Shown piece after piece: positions 12,001-23,500 of a stretch of DNA of 64,000 nucleotides. Under the pieces are notes generated by a model that made no database searches, was not told the origin of the DNA, and saw only the letters and a list, made by a program, of their open reading frames with translations. Location: the NCBI GenBank assembly GCA_964016885.1, contig OZ024744.1, positions 130,572,001 to 130,636,000 on the forward strand, written 5' to 3'. The stretch's first letter is position 1, and each line of letters starts with the position of its first letter. Made by a program: the position numbers and the translations under genes. This stretch comes from Eledone cirrhosa. Its lineage: Eukaryota.

Positions 12001-12167
12001 AGTCGGGGTTAAGTTAAGTTGGGGTTAAGTTAAGTTGGGGTTAAGTTAAGTTGGTTAGTTAAGTTGAGTTTAAGTTAAGTTGGGGTTAATTTAAGTTGGG
12101 GTTAAGTTAAGTTGGGGTTAAGTTAAGTTGGGGTTAAGTTAAGTTGGGGTTAAGTTAAGTTGGGGTT

Positions 12168-12342
12168 AACCCCAACTTAACTTAACCCCAACTTCACTCA
12201 ACCCCAACGTAACTCAACCCCAACTTAACTTAACCCCAACTTCACTCAACCCCAACTTAACTTAACCCCAACTTCACTCAACCCCAACTTCCAACTTGAC
12301 TTAACCCCAACTTAACTTAGCCCCAACTTAACTTAAGCCCAA
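12168..12342 (-). repeat. 175-bp inverted satellite segment, copy 4
   Basis: Same junctions and internal variants as copies 1 and 2. Confidence 0.97.
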
Positions 12343-14809
12343 AGTCGGGGTTAAGTTAAGTTGGCGTTAAGTTAAGTTGGCGTTAAGTTAAGTTAGGCTT
12401 AACTTAAGTTGGGGTTCAGTTAAGTTGGGGGTAAGTTAAGTTGGGGTTAAGTTAAGTTAGGGTTAAGTTAAGTTGGGGTTGAGTTAAGTTGGGGTTAATT
12501 AAGTGGTGGTTATGTTAAGTTGGGGTTAAGTTAAGTTGGGGTTAATTTAAATTGGGGTTAAGTTAACTTTGTGGTTAAGTTAAGTTGGGGTTAAGTTAAG
12601 TTGGGGTAAAGTTGGGGTTGAGTTAAGTTGGGGTTGAGTGAAGTTGGGGTTAAGTTAAGTTGGGGTTAAGTTAAGTTGGGGTTAAGATAAGTCGGGGTTA
12701 AGTTAAGTTGTGATTGAGTTAAGTTGGGGTTAATTTAAGTTGGGGCTAAGTTAATTTGTGGTTAAGTTAAGTTGGGGTTAAGTTAAGTTGGGGTTAAGTT
12801 AAGTTGGGGTTGAGTTAAGTTGGGGCTGAGTTAATTTGGGTTTAAGTTAAGTTGGGGTTAAGTTAAGTTGGGTTTAAGTTAAGTTGGGGTTAAATTAAGT
12901 TGGGGTTAAATTAAGTTGGGGTTAAGTTAAGTTGGGGGTAAGTTAAGTTGGGGGCAAGTTAAGTTGGGGTTAATTTAAGTTGGGGTTAAATTAAGTTGGG
13001 GTTACGTTAAGTTGGGGTTAAGTTAAGTTGGGGTTAATTTAAGTTGGGGTTGAGTTAAGTTGGGGTTAAGTTAAGTTGGGGTTATATTAAGTTGGGGTTA
13101 AGTTAAGTTGGGGTTCAGTTAAGTTGGGGTTAAGTTAAGTTGGGGTTAAGTTAAGTTGAGGTTAAGTTAAGTTGGGGTTAAGTTAAGTTGGTGTTAAGTT
13201 AAGTTGGGGCTAAGTTAAGTTGGGGCTGAGTTAAGTTGGGGCTGAGTTAAGTTGGGGCTAAGTTAAGTTGGGGTTGAGTTAAGTTGGGGTTAAGTTGGGG
13301 TTAAGTTAAGTTAGGTTTAAGTTAAGTTGGGGTTAAGTTAAGTTGGGGTTAAGTTAAGTTGGGGTTAAGTTAAGTTGGGGTTAAGTTAAGTTGGGGTTAA
13401 GTTAAGTTGGGGTTAAGTTAAGTTGGGGTTAAGTTAATTTGTGGTTAAGTTAAGTTGTGGTTAAGTTAAGTTGGTTAGTTAAGTTGAGTTTAAGTTAAGT
13501 TGGGGTTAAGTTAAGTTGGGGTTAAGTTAAGTTGGGGTTAAGTTAAGTCGGGGTTAAGTTAAGTTATGGTTCAGTTAAGTTGGGGTTAAGTTAAGTTGGG
13601 GTTGAGTTAAGTTGGGGTTGAGTTAAATTGGGGTTGAGTTAAGTTGGGGTTGAGTTAAGTTGGTGTTGAGTTAAGTTGGGGTTAAGTTAAGTTGGGGTTA
13701 AATTAAGTTGGGGTTAAATTAAGTTGGGGTTAAGTTAAGTTGGGGGTAAGTTAAGTTGGGGGCAAGTTAAGTTGGGGTTAATTTAAGTTGGGGTTAAATT
13801 AAGTTGGGGTTACGTTAAGTTGGTGTTAAGTTAAGTTGGGGTTAATTTAAGTTGGGGTTAATTAATGTTGGGGTTAAGTTAAGTTGGGGTTAAGTTAAGT
13901 TGGGGTTAAGTTAAGTTGAGGTTAAGTTAAGTTGGGGTTAAGTTAAGTTGGTGTTAAGTTAAGTTGGGGCTAAGTTAAGTTCGGGCTGAGTTAAGTTGGG
14001 GCTGAGTTAAGTTGGGGCTAAGTTAAGTTGGGGTTGAGTTAAGTTGGGGTTAAGTTGGGGTTAAGTTAAGTTAGGTTTAAGTTAAGTTGGGTTTAAGTTA
14101 AGTTGGGGTTAAGTTAAGTTGGGGTTAAGTTAAGTTGGGGTTAAGTTAAGTTGGGGTTAAGTTAAGTTGGGGTTAAGTTAAGTTGGGGTTAAGTTAAGTT
14201 GGGGTTAAGTTAAGTCGGGGTTAAGTTAAGTTGGGGTTAAGTTAAGTTGGGGTTAAGTTAAGTTGGGGTTAAGTTAAGTTGGGGTTAAGTTAAGTCGGGG
14301 TTAAGTTAAGTTGGGGTTAAGTTAAGTTGGGGTTAATTTAAGTTGGGGTTAAGTTAAGTTGGGGTTAAGTTAAGTTGGGGTTAAGTTAAGTTGGGGTTAA
14401 GTTAAGTTGGGGATAATTTAAGTTGGGGTTAAGTTAAGTTTGAGTTTAAGTTAAGTTGGGGTTAAGTTAAGTTCGGGTTAAGTTAAGTTGGGGTTAAGTT
14501 AAGTTGGTTAGTTAAGTTGAGTTTAAGTTAAGTTGGGGTTAATTTAAGTTGGGGTTAAGTTAAGCTGGGGTTAAGTTAAGTTGGGGTTAATTTAAGTTGG
14601 GGTTAACTTAAGTTGGGGTTAAGTTAAGTTGGGGTTAAGTTAAGTCGGGGTTAAGTTAAGTTGGGGTTAAGTTAAGTTGGGGTTAAGTTAAGTTGAGGTT
14701 AAGTTAAGTTGGTTAGTTAAGTTGAGTTTAAGTTAAGTTGGGGTTAATTTAAGTTGGGGTTAAGTTAAGTTGGGGTTAAGTTAAGTTGGGGTTAAGTTAA
14801 GTTGGGGTT

Positions 14810-14984
14810 AACCCCAACTTAACTTAACCCCAACTTCACTCAACCCCAACGTAACTCAACCCCAACTTAACTTAACCCCAACTTCACTCAACCCCAACTT
14901 AACTTAACCCCAACTTCACTCAACCCCAACTTCCAACTTGACTTAACCCCAACTTAACTTAGCCCCAACTTAACTTAAGCCCAA
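14810..14984 (-). repeat. 175-bp inverted satellite segment, copy 5
   Basis: Same junctions and internal variants. Confidence 0.97.
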
Positions 14985-17900
14985 AGTCGGGGTTAAGTTA
15001 AGTTGGCGTTAAGTTAAGTTGGCGTTAAGTTAAGTTAGGCTTAACTTAAGTTGGGGTTCAGTTAAGTTGGGGGTAAGTTAAGTTGGGGTTAAGTTAAGTT
15101 AGGGTTAAGTTAAGTTGGGGTTGAGTTAAGTTGGGGTTAATTAAGTGGTGGTTATGTTAAGTTGGGGTTAAGTTAAGTTGGGGTTAATTTAAATTGGGGT
15201 TAAGTTAACTTTGTGGTTAAGTTAAGTTGGGGTTAAGTTAAGTTGGGGTAAAGTTGGGGTTGAGTTAAGTTAGGGTTGAGTGAAGTTGGGGTTAAGTTAA
15301 GTTGGGGTTAAGTTAAGTTGGGGTTAAGATAAGTCGGGGTTAAGTTAAGTTGTGGTTGAGTTAAGTTGGGGTTAATTTAAGTTGGGGCTAAGTTAATTTG
15401 TGGTTAAGTTAAGTTGGGGTTAAGTTAAGTTGGGGTTAAGTTAAGTTGGGGTTGAGTTAAGTTGGGGCTGAGTTAATTTGGGTTTAAGTTAAGTTGGGGT
15501 TAAGTTAAGTTGGGTTTAAGTTAAGTTGGGGTTAAATTAAGTTGGGGTTAAATTAAGTTGGGGTTAAGTTAAGTTGGGGGTAAGTTAAGTTGGGGGCAAG
15601 TTAAGTTGGGGTTAATTTAAGTTGGGGTTAAGTTAAGTTGGGGTTACGTTAAGTTGGTGTTAAGTTAAGTTGGGGTTAATTTAAGTTGGGGTTAAATAAG
15701 TTGGGGTTAAGTTAAGTGGGGTTAAGTTAAGTTGGGGTTAATTTAAGTTGGGGTTGAGTTAAGTTGGGGTTAAGTTAAGTTGGGGTTATATTAAGTTGGG
15801 GTTAAGTTAAGTTGGGGTTAAGTTAAGTTGGGGTTAAGTTAAGTTGGGGTTAAGTTAAGTTGAGGTTAAGTTAAGTTGGGGTTAAGTTAAGTTGGTGTTA
15901 AGTTAAGTTGGGGCTAAGTTAAGTTGGGGCTGAGTTAAGTTGGGGCTGAGTTAAGTTGGGGCTAAGTTAAGTTGGGGTTGAGTTAAGTTGGGGTTAAGTT
16001 GGGGTTAAGTTAAGTTAGGTTTAAGTTAAGTTGGGGTTAAGTTAAGTTGGGGTTAAGTTAAGTTGGGGTTAAGTTAAGTTGGGGTTAAGTTGGGGTTAAG
16101 TTAAGTTGGGGTTAAGTTAATTTGTGGTAAAGTTAAGTTGTGGTTAAGTTAAGTTGGGGTTAAGTTAAGTTGGGGTTAAGTTAAGTCGGGGTTAAGTTAA
16201 GTTGGGGTTAAGTTAAGTTGGGGTTAATTTAAGTTGGGGTTAAGTTAAGTTGGGGTTAAGTTAAGTTGGGGTTAAGTTAAGTCGGGGTTAAGTTAAGTTG
16301 GGGTTAAGTTAAGTTGGGGTTAATTTAAGTTGGGGTTAAGTTAAGTTGGCGTTAAGTTAAGTTGGGGTTAAGTTAAGTTGGGGTTAAGTTAAGTTGGGGA
16401 TAATTTAAGTTGGGGTTAAGTTAAGTTTGAGTTTAAGTTAAGTTGGGGTTAAGTTAAGTTGGGGTTAAGTTAAGTTGGGGTTAAGTTAAGTTGGTTAGTT
16501 AAGTTGAGTTTAAGTTAAGTTGGGGTTAATTTAAGTTGGGGTTAATTTAAGCTGGGGTTAAGTTAAGTTGGGGTTAAGTTAAGTTGGGGTTAATTTAAGT
16601 TGGGGTTAAGTTAAGTTGCGGGTAATTTAAGTTGGGGTTAAGTTAAGTTGGGGTTAAGTTAAGTTGGGGTTAAGTTAAGTTGGGGTTAAGTTAAGTTGGG
16701 GTTAAGTTAAGTTGGGGCTAATTTAAGTTGGGGCTGAGTTAAGTTGGGGTTAAGTTAAGTTGGGGTTAAGTTAAGTTGGGGTTAAGTTAAGTTGGGGTTA
16801 AGTTAAGTTGGGGTTTATTTAAGTTGGGGTTAAGTTAAGTTATGGTTCAGTTAAGTTGGGGTTAAGTTAAGTTGGGGTTGAGTTAAGTTGGGGTTGAGTT
16901 AAATTGGGGTTGAGTTAAGTTGGGGTTGAGTTAAGTTGGTGTTGAGTTAAGTTGGGGTTAAGTTAAGTTGGGGTTAAATTAAGTTGGGGTTAAATTAAGT
17001 TGGGGTTAAGTTAAGTTGGGGGTAAGTTAAGTTGGGGGCAAGTTAAGTTGGGGTTAATTTAAGTTGGTGTTAAATTAAGTTGGGGTTACGTTAAGTTGGT
17101 GTTAAGTTAAGTTGGGGTTAATTTAAGTTGGGGTTAATTAATGTTGGGGTTAAGTTAAGTTGGGGTTAAGTTAAGTTGGGGTTAAGTTAAGTTGAGGTTA
17201 AGTTAAGTTGGGGTTAAGTTAAGTTGGTGTTAAGTTAAGTTGGGGCTAAGTTAAGTTGGGGCTGAGTTAAGTTGGGGCTGAGTTAAGTTGGGGCTAAGTT
17301 AAGTTGGGGTTGAGTTAAGTTGGGGTTAAGTTGGGGTTAAGTTAAGTTAGGTTTAAGTTAAGTTGGGTTTAAGTTAAGTTGGGGTTAAGTTAAGTTGGGG
17401 TTAAGTTAAGTTGGGGTTAAGTTAAGTTGGGGTTAAGTTAAGTTGGGGTTAAGTTAAGTTGGGGTTAAGTTAAGTTGGGGTTAAGTTAAGTCGGGGTTAA
17501 GTTAAGTTGGGGTTAAGTTAAGTTGGGGTTAAGTTAAGTTGGGGTTAAGTTAAGTTGGGGTTAAGTTAAGTCGGGGTTAAGTTAAGTTGGGGTTAAGTTA
17601 AGTTGGGGTTAATTTAAGTTGGGGTTAAGTTAAGTTGGGGTTAAGTTAAGTTGGGGTTAAGTTAAGTTGGGGTTGAGTTAAGTTGGGGCTGAGTTAATTT
17701 GGGTTTAAGTTAAGTTGGGGTTAAGTTAAGTTGGGTTTAAGTTAAGTTGGGGTTAAATTAAGTTGGGGTTAAATTAAGTTGGGGTTAAGTTAAGTTGGGG
17801 GTAAGTTAAGTTGGGGGCAAGTTAAGTTGGGGTTAATTTAAGTTGGGGTTAAATTAAGTTGGGGTTACGTTAAGTTGGTGTTAAGTTAAGTTGGGGTTAA

Positions 17901-20383
17901 TTTAAGTTGGGGTTAATTAAGTTGGGGTTAAGTTAAGTTGGGGTTAAGTTAAGTTGGGGTTAATTTAAGTTGGGGTTGAGTTAAGTTGGGGTTAAGTTAA
18001 GTTGGGGTTATATTAAGTTGGGGTTAAGTTAAGTTGGGGTTCAGTTAAGTTGGGGTTAAGTTAAGTTGGGGCTGAGTTAAGTTGGGGCTAAGTTAAGTTG
18101 GGGTTGAGTTAAGTTGGGGTTAAGTTGGGGTTAAGTTAAGTTAGGTTTAAGTTAAGTTGGGGTTAAGTTAAGTTGGGGTTAAGTTAAGTTGGGGTTAAGT
18201 TAAGTTGGGGTTAAGTTAAGTTGGGGTTAAGTTAAGTTGGGGTTAAGTTAAGTTGGGGTTAAGTTAATTTATGGTTAAGTTAAGTTGTGGTTAAGTTAAG
18301 TTGGTTAGTTAAGTTGAGTTTAAGTTAAGTTGGGGTTAAGTTAAGTTGGGGTTAAGTTAAGTTGGGGTTAAGTTAAGTCGGGGTTAAGTTAAGTTATGGT
18401 TCAGTTAAGTTGGGGTTAAGTTAAGTTGGGGTTGAGTTAAGTTGGGGTTGAGTTAAATTGGGGTTGAGTTAAGTTGGGGTTGAGTTAAGTTGGTGTTGAG
18501 TTAAGTTGGGGTTAAGTTAAGTTGGGGTTAAATTAAGTTGGGGTTAAATTAAGTTGGGGTTAAGTTAAGTTGGGGGTAAGTTAAGTTGGGGGCAAGTTAA
18601 GTTGGGGTTAATTTAAGTTGGGGTTAAATTAAGTTGGGGTTACGTTAAGTTGGTGTTAAGTTAAGTTGGGGTTAATTTAAGTTGGGGTTAATTAATGTTG
18701 GGGTTAAGTTAAGTTGGGGTTAAGTTAAGTTGGGGTTAAGTTAAGTTGAGGTTAAGTTAAGTTGGGGTTAAGTTAAGTTGGTGTTAAGTTAAGTTGGGGC
18801 TGAGTTAAGTTGGGGCTGAGTTAAGTTGGGGCTAAGTTAAGTTGGGGTTGAGTTAAGTTGGGGTTAAGTTGGGGTTAAGTTAAGTTAGGTTTAAGTTAAG
18901 TTGGGTTTAAGTTAAGTTGGGGTTAAGTTAAGTTGGGGTTAAGTTAAGTTGGGGTTAAGTTAAGTTGGGGTTAAGTTAAGTTGGGGTTAAGTTAAGTTGG
19001 GGTTAAGTTAAGTCGGGGTTAAGTTAAGTTGGGGTTAAGTTAAGTTGGGGTTAAGTTAAGTTGGTTAGTTAAGTTGAGTTTAAGTTAAGTTGGGGTTAAG
19101 TTAAGTTGGGGTTAAGTTAAGTTGGGGTTAAGTTAAGTCGGGGTTAAGTTAAGTTATGGTTCAGTTAAGTTGGGGTTAAGTTAAGTTGGGGTTGAGTTAA
19201 GTTGGGGTTGATTTAAATTGGGGTTGAGTTAAGTTGGGGTTGAGTTAAGTTGGTGTTGAGTTAAGTTGGGGTTAAGTTAAGTTGGGGTTAAATTAAGTTG
19301 GGGTTAAATTAAGTTGGGGTTAAGTTAAGTTGGGGGTAAGTTAAGTTGGGGGCAAGTTAAGTTGGGGTTAATTTAAGTTGGGGTTAAATTAAGTTGGGGT
19401 TACGTTAAGTTGGTGTTAAGTTAAGTTGGGGTTAATTTAAGTTGGGGTTAATTAATGTTGGGGTTAAGTTAAGTTGGGGTTAAGTTAAGTTGGGGTTAAG
19501 TTAAGTTGAGGTTAAGTTAAGTTGGGGTTAAGTTAAGTTGGTGTTAAGTTAAGTTGGGGCTGAGTTAAGTTGGGGCTGAGTTAAGTTGGGGCTAAGTTAA
19601 GTTGGGGTTGAGTTAAGTTGGGGTTAAGTTGGGGTTAAGTTAAGTTAGGTTTAAGTTAAGTTGGGTTTAAGTTAAGTTGGGGTTAAGTTAAGTTGGGGTT
19701 AAGTTAAGTTGGGGTTAAGTTAAGTTGGGGTTAAGTTAAGTTGGGGTTAAGTTAAGTTGGGGTTAAGTTAAGTTGGGGTTAAGTTAAGTTGGGGTTAAGT
19801 TAAGTCGGGGTTAAGTTAAGTTGGGGTTAAGTTAAGTTGGGGTTAAGTTAAGTTGGGGTTAAGTTAAGTTGGGGTTAAGTTAAGTCGGGGTTAAGTTAAG
19901 TTGGGGTTAAGTTAAGTTGGGGTTAATTTAAGTTGGGGTTAAGTTAAGTTGGGGTTAAGTTAAGTTGGGGTTAAGTTAAGTTGGGGTTAAGTTAAGTTGG
20001 GGATAATTTAAGTTGGGGTTAAGTTAAGTTTGAGTTTAAGTTAAGTTGGGGTTAAGTTAAGTTGGGGTTAAGTTAAGTTGGGGTTAAGTTAAGTTGGTTA
20101 GTTAAGTTGAGTTTAAGTTAAGTTGGGGTTAATTTAAGTTGGGGTTAAGTTAAGCTGGGGTTAAGTTAAGTTGGGTTTAATTTAAGTTGGGGTTAATTTA
20201 AGTTGGGGTTAAGTTAAGTTGGGGTTAAGTTAAGTCGGGGTTAAGTTAAGTTGGGGTTAAGTTAAGTTGGGGTTAAGTTAAGTTGAGGTTAAGTTAAGTT
20301 GGTTAGTTAAGTTGAGTTTAAGTTAAGTTGGGGTTAATTTAAGTCGGGGTTAAGTTAAGTTGGGGTTAAGTTAAGTTGGGGTT

Positions 20384-20558
20384 AACCCCAACTTAACTTA
20401 ACCCCAACTTCACTCAACCCCAACGTAACTCAACCCCAACTTAACTTAACCCCAACTTCACTCAACCCCAACTTAACTTAACCCCAACTTCACTCAACCC
20501 CAACTTCCAACTTGATTTAACCCCAACTTAACTTAGCCCCAACTTAACTTAAGCCCAA
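20384..20558 (-). repeat. 175-bp inverted satellite segment, copy 6
   Basis: Same segment, with a private substitution CTTGATTTAA instead of CTTGACTTAA at ~20516. Confidence 0.97.
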
Positions 20559-23500
20559 AGTCGGGGTTAAGTTAAGTTGGCGTTAAGTTAAGTTGGCGTT
20601 AAGTTAAGTTAGGCTTAACTTAAGTTGGGGTTCAGTTAAGTTGGGGGTAAGTTAAGTTGGGGTTAAGTTAAGTTAGGGTTAAGTTAAGTTGGGGTTGAGT
20701 TAAGTTGGGGTTAATTAAGTGGTGGTTATCTTAAGTTGGGGTTAAGTTAAGTTGGGGTTAATTTAAATTGGGGTTAAGTTAACTTTGTGGTTAAGTTAAG
20801 TTGGGGTTAAGTTAAGTTGGGGTAAAGTTGGGGTTGAGTTAAGTTGGGGTTGAGTGAAGTTGGGGTTAAGTTAAGTTGGGGTTAAGTTAAGTTGGGGTTA
20901 AGATAAGTCGGGGTTAAGTTAAGTTGTGGTTGAGTTAAGTTGGGGTTAATTTAAGTTGGGGCTAAGTTAATTTGTGGTTAAGTTAAGTTGGGGTTAAGTT
21001 AAGTTGGGGTTAAGTTAAGTTGGGGTTGAGTTAAGTTGGGGCTGAGTTAATTTGGGTTTAAGTTAAGTTGGGGGTAAGTTAAGTTGGGGGCAAGTTAAGT
21101 TGGGGTTAATTTAAGTTGGGGTTAAATTAAGTTGGGGTTACGTTAAGTTGGTGTTAAGTTAAGTTGGGGTTAATTTAAGTTGGGGTTAATTAAGTTGGGG
21201 TTAAGTTAAGTTGGGGTTAAGTTAAGTTGGGGTTAATTTAAGTTGGGGTTGAGTTAAGTTGGGGTTAAGTTAAGTTGGGGTTATATTAAGTTGGGGTTAA
21301 GTTAAGTTGGGGTTAAGTTAAGTTGGGGTTAAGTTAAGTTGGGGTTAAGTTAAGTTGAGGTTAAGTTAAGTTGGGGTTAAGTTAAGTTGGTGTTAAGTTA
21401 AGTTGGGGCTAAGTTAAGTTGGGGCTGAGTTAAGTTGGGGCTGAGTTAAGTTGGGGCTAAGTTAAGTTGGGGTTAAGTTGGGGTTAAGTTAAGTTAGGTT
21501 TAAGTTAAGTTGGTGTTAAGTTAAGTTGGGGTTAAGTTAAGTTGGGGTTAAGTTAAGTTGGGGTTAAGTTAAGTTGGGGTTAAGTTAAGTTGGGGTTAAG
21601 TTAATTTGTGGTAAAGTTAAGTTGTGGTTAAGTTAAGTTGGGGTTAAGTTAAGTTGGGGTTAAGTTAAGTCGGGGTTAAGTTAAGTTGGGGTTAAGTTAA
21701 GTTGGGGTTAATTTAAGTTGGGGTTAAGTTAAGTTGGGGTTAAGTTAAGTTGGGGTTAAGCTAAGTTGGGGTTAAGTTAAGTTGGGGTTAAGTTAAGTTG
21801 GGGTTAATTTAAGCTGGGGTTAAGTTAAGTTGGGGTTAAGCTAAGTTGGGGTTAATTTAAGTTGGGGTTAAGTTAAGTTGCGGGTAATTTAAGTTGGGGT
21901 TAAGTTAAGTTGGGGTTAAGTTAAGTTGGGGTTAAGTTAAGTTGGGGTTAAGTTAATTGGGGTTAAGTTAAATTGGGGCTAATTTAAGTTGGGGCTGAGT
22001 TAAGTTGGGGTTAAGTTAAGTTGGGGTTAAGTTAAGTTGGGGTTAAGTTAAGTTGGGGTTAAGTTAAGTTGGGGTTTATTTAAGTTGGGGTTAAGTTAAG
22101 TTGGGGTTCAGTTAAGTTGGGGTTCAGTTAAGTTGGGGTTAAGTTAAGTTGGGGTTAAAATGGGGTTAAATTACGTTGGAGTTAAGTTAAGTTGGGGTTA
22201 AGTTAAGTTGGGGTTAAGTTGGGGTTAAGTTAAGTTAGGTTTAAGTTAAGTTGGGGTTAAGTTAAGTTGGGGTTAAGTTAAGTTGTGGTTAAGTTAAGTT
22301 GGGGTTAAGTTAAGTTGGGGTTAAGTTAAGTCGGGGTTAAGTTAAGTTGGGGTTAAGTTAAGTTGGGGTTAATTTAAGTTGGGGTTAAGTTAAGTTGGGG
22401 TTAAGTTAAGTTGGGGTTAAGTTAATTGGGGTTAAGTTAAGTTGGGGTTAAGTTAAGTTGAGGTTAAGTTAAGTTGGGGTTAAATTAAGTTTGGGTTAAG
22501 TTAAGTTGGGGTTAAGTTAAGTTGGGGTTAAGTTAAGTTGGGGTAAGTTAAGTTGGGGATAATTTAAGTTGGGGTTAAGTTAAGTTGGGTTTAAGTTAAG
22601 TTGGGGTTAAGTTAAGTTGGGGTTAAGTTAAGTTGGGGTTAAGTTAAGTTGGGGTTAAGTTAAGTTGGGGCTAAGTTAAGTTGGGGCTGAGTTAAGTTGG
22701 GGTTAAGTTAAGTTGGGGTTAAGTTAAGTTGGGGTTAAGTTAAGTTGGGGTTAATTTAAGTTGAGGTTAAGTTAAGTTGGGGTTCAGTTAAGTTGGGGTT
22801 CAGTTAAGTTGGGGTTAAGTTAAGTTGGGGTTAAGATGGGGTTAAATTACGTTGGAGTTAAGTTAAGTTGGGGTTAAGTTAAGTTGGGGTTAAGTTAAGT
22901 TGGGGTTAAGTTAAGTCGGGGTTAATTTAAGTCGGGGTTAAGTTAAGTTAGGGTTCAGTTAAGTTGGGGTTAAGTTAAGTTGGGGTTGAGTTAAGTTGGG
23001 GTTGAGTTAAATTGGGGTTGAGTTAAGTTGGGGTTGAGTTAAGTTGGTGTTGAGTTAAGTTGGGGTTAAGTTAATTTGTGGTTCAGTTAAGTTGTGGTTA
23101 AGTTAAGTTGGGGTTAAGTTAAGTTGGGGTTAAGTTAAGTCGGGGTTATGTTAAGTTGGGGTTAAGTTAAGTTGGGGTTAATTTAAGTTGGGGATAATTT
23201 AAGTTGGGGTTAAGTTAAGTTGGGTTTAAGTTAAGTTGGGGTTAAGTTAAGTTGGGGATAAGTTAAGTTGGGGTTAAGTTAAGTTGGGGTTAAGTTAAGT
23301 TGGGGTTAAGTTAAGTTGGGGCTAAGTTAAGTTGGGGCTGAGTTAAGTTGGGGTTAAGTTAAGTTGGGGTTAAGTTAAGTTGGGGTTAATTTAAGTTGGG
23401 GTTTATTTAAGTTGGGGTTAAGTTAAGTTGGGGTTCAGTTAAGTTGGGGTTAAGTTAAGTTGGGGTTAAGATGGGGTTAAATTAAGTTGGGGTTAAGTTA

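Larger units (their letters stand above)
4150..15700 (+). repeat. ~5.9-kb higher-order repeat (A-type plus B-type inversion module), two copies
   Basis: Offsets: AAATTATG 4287 to 10176 (5889), inversion 6279 to 12168 (5889), TTATGGTTCAG 7692 to 13566 (5874), inversion 8888 to 14810 (5922). Confidence 0.8.
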
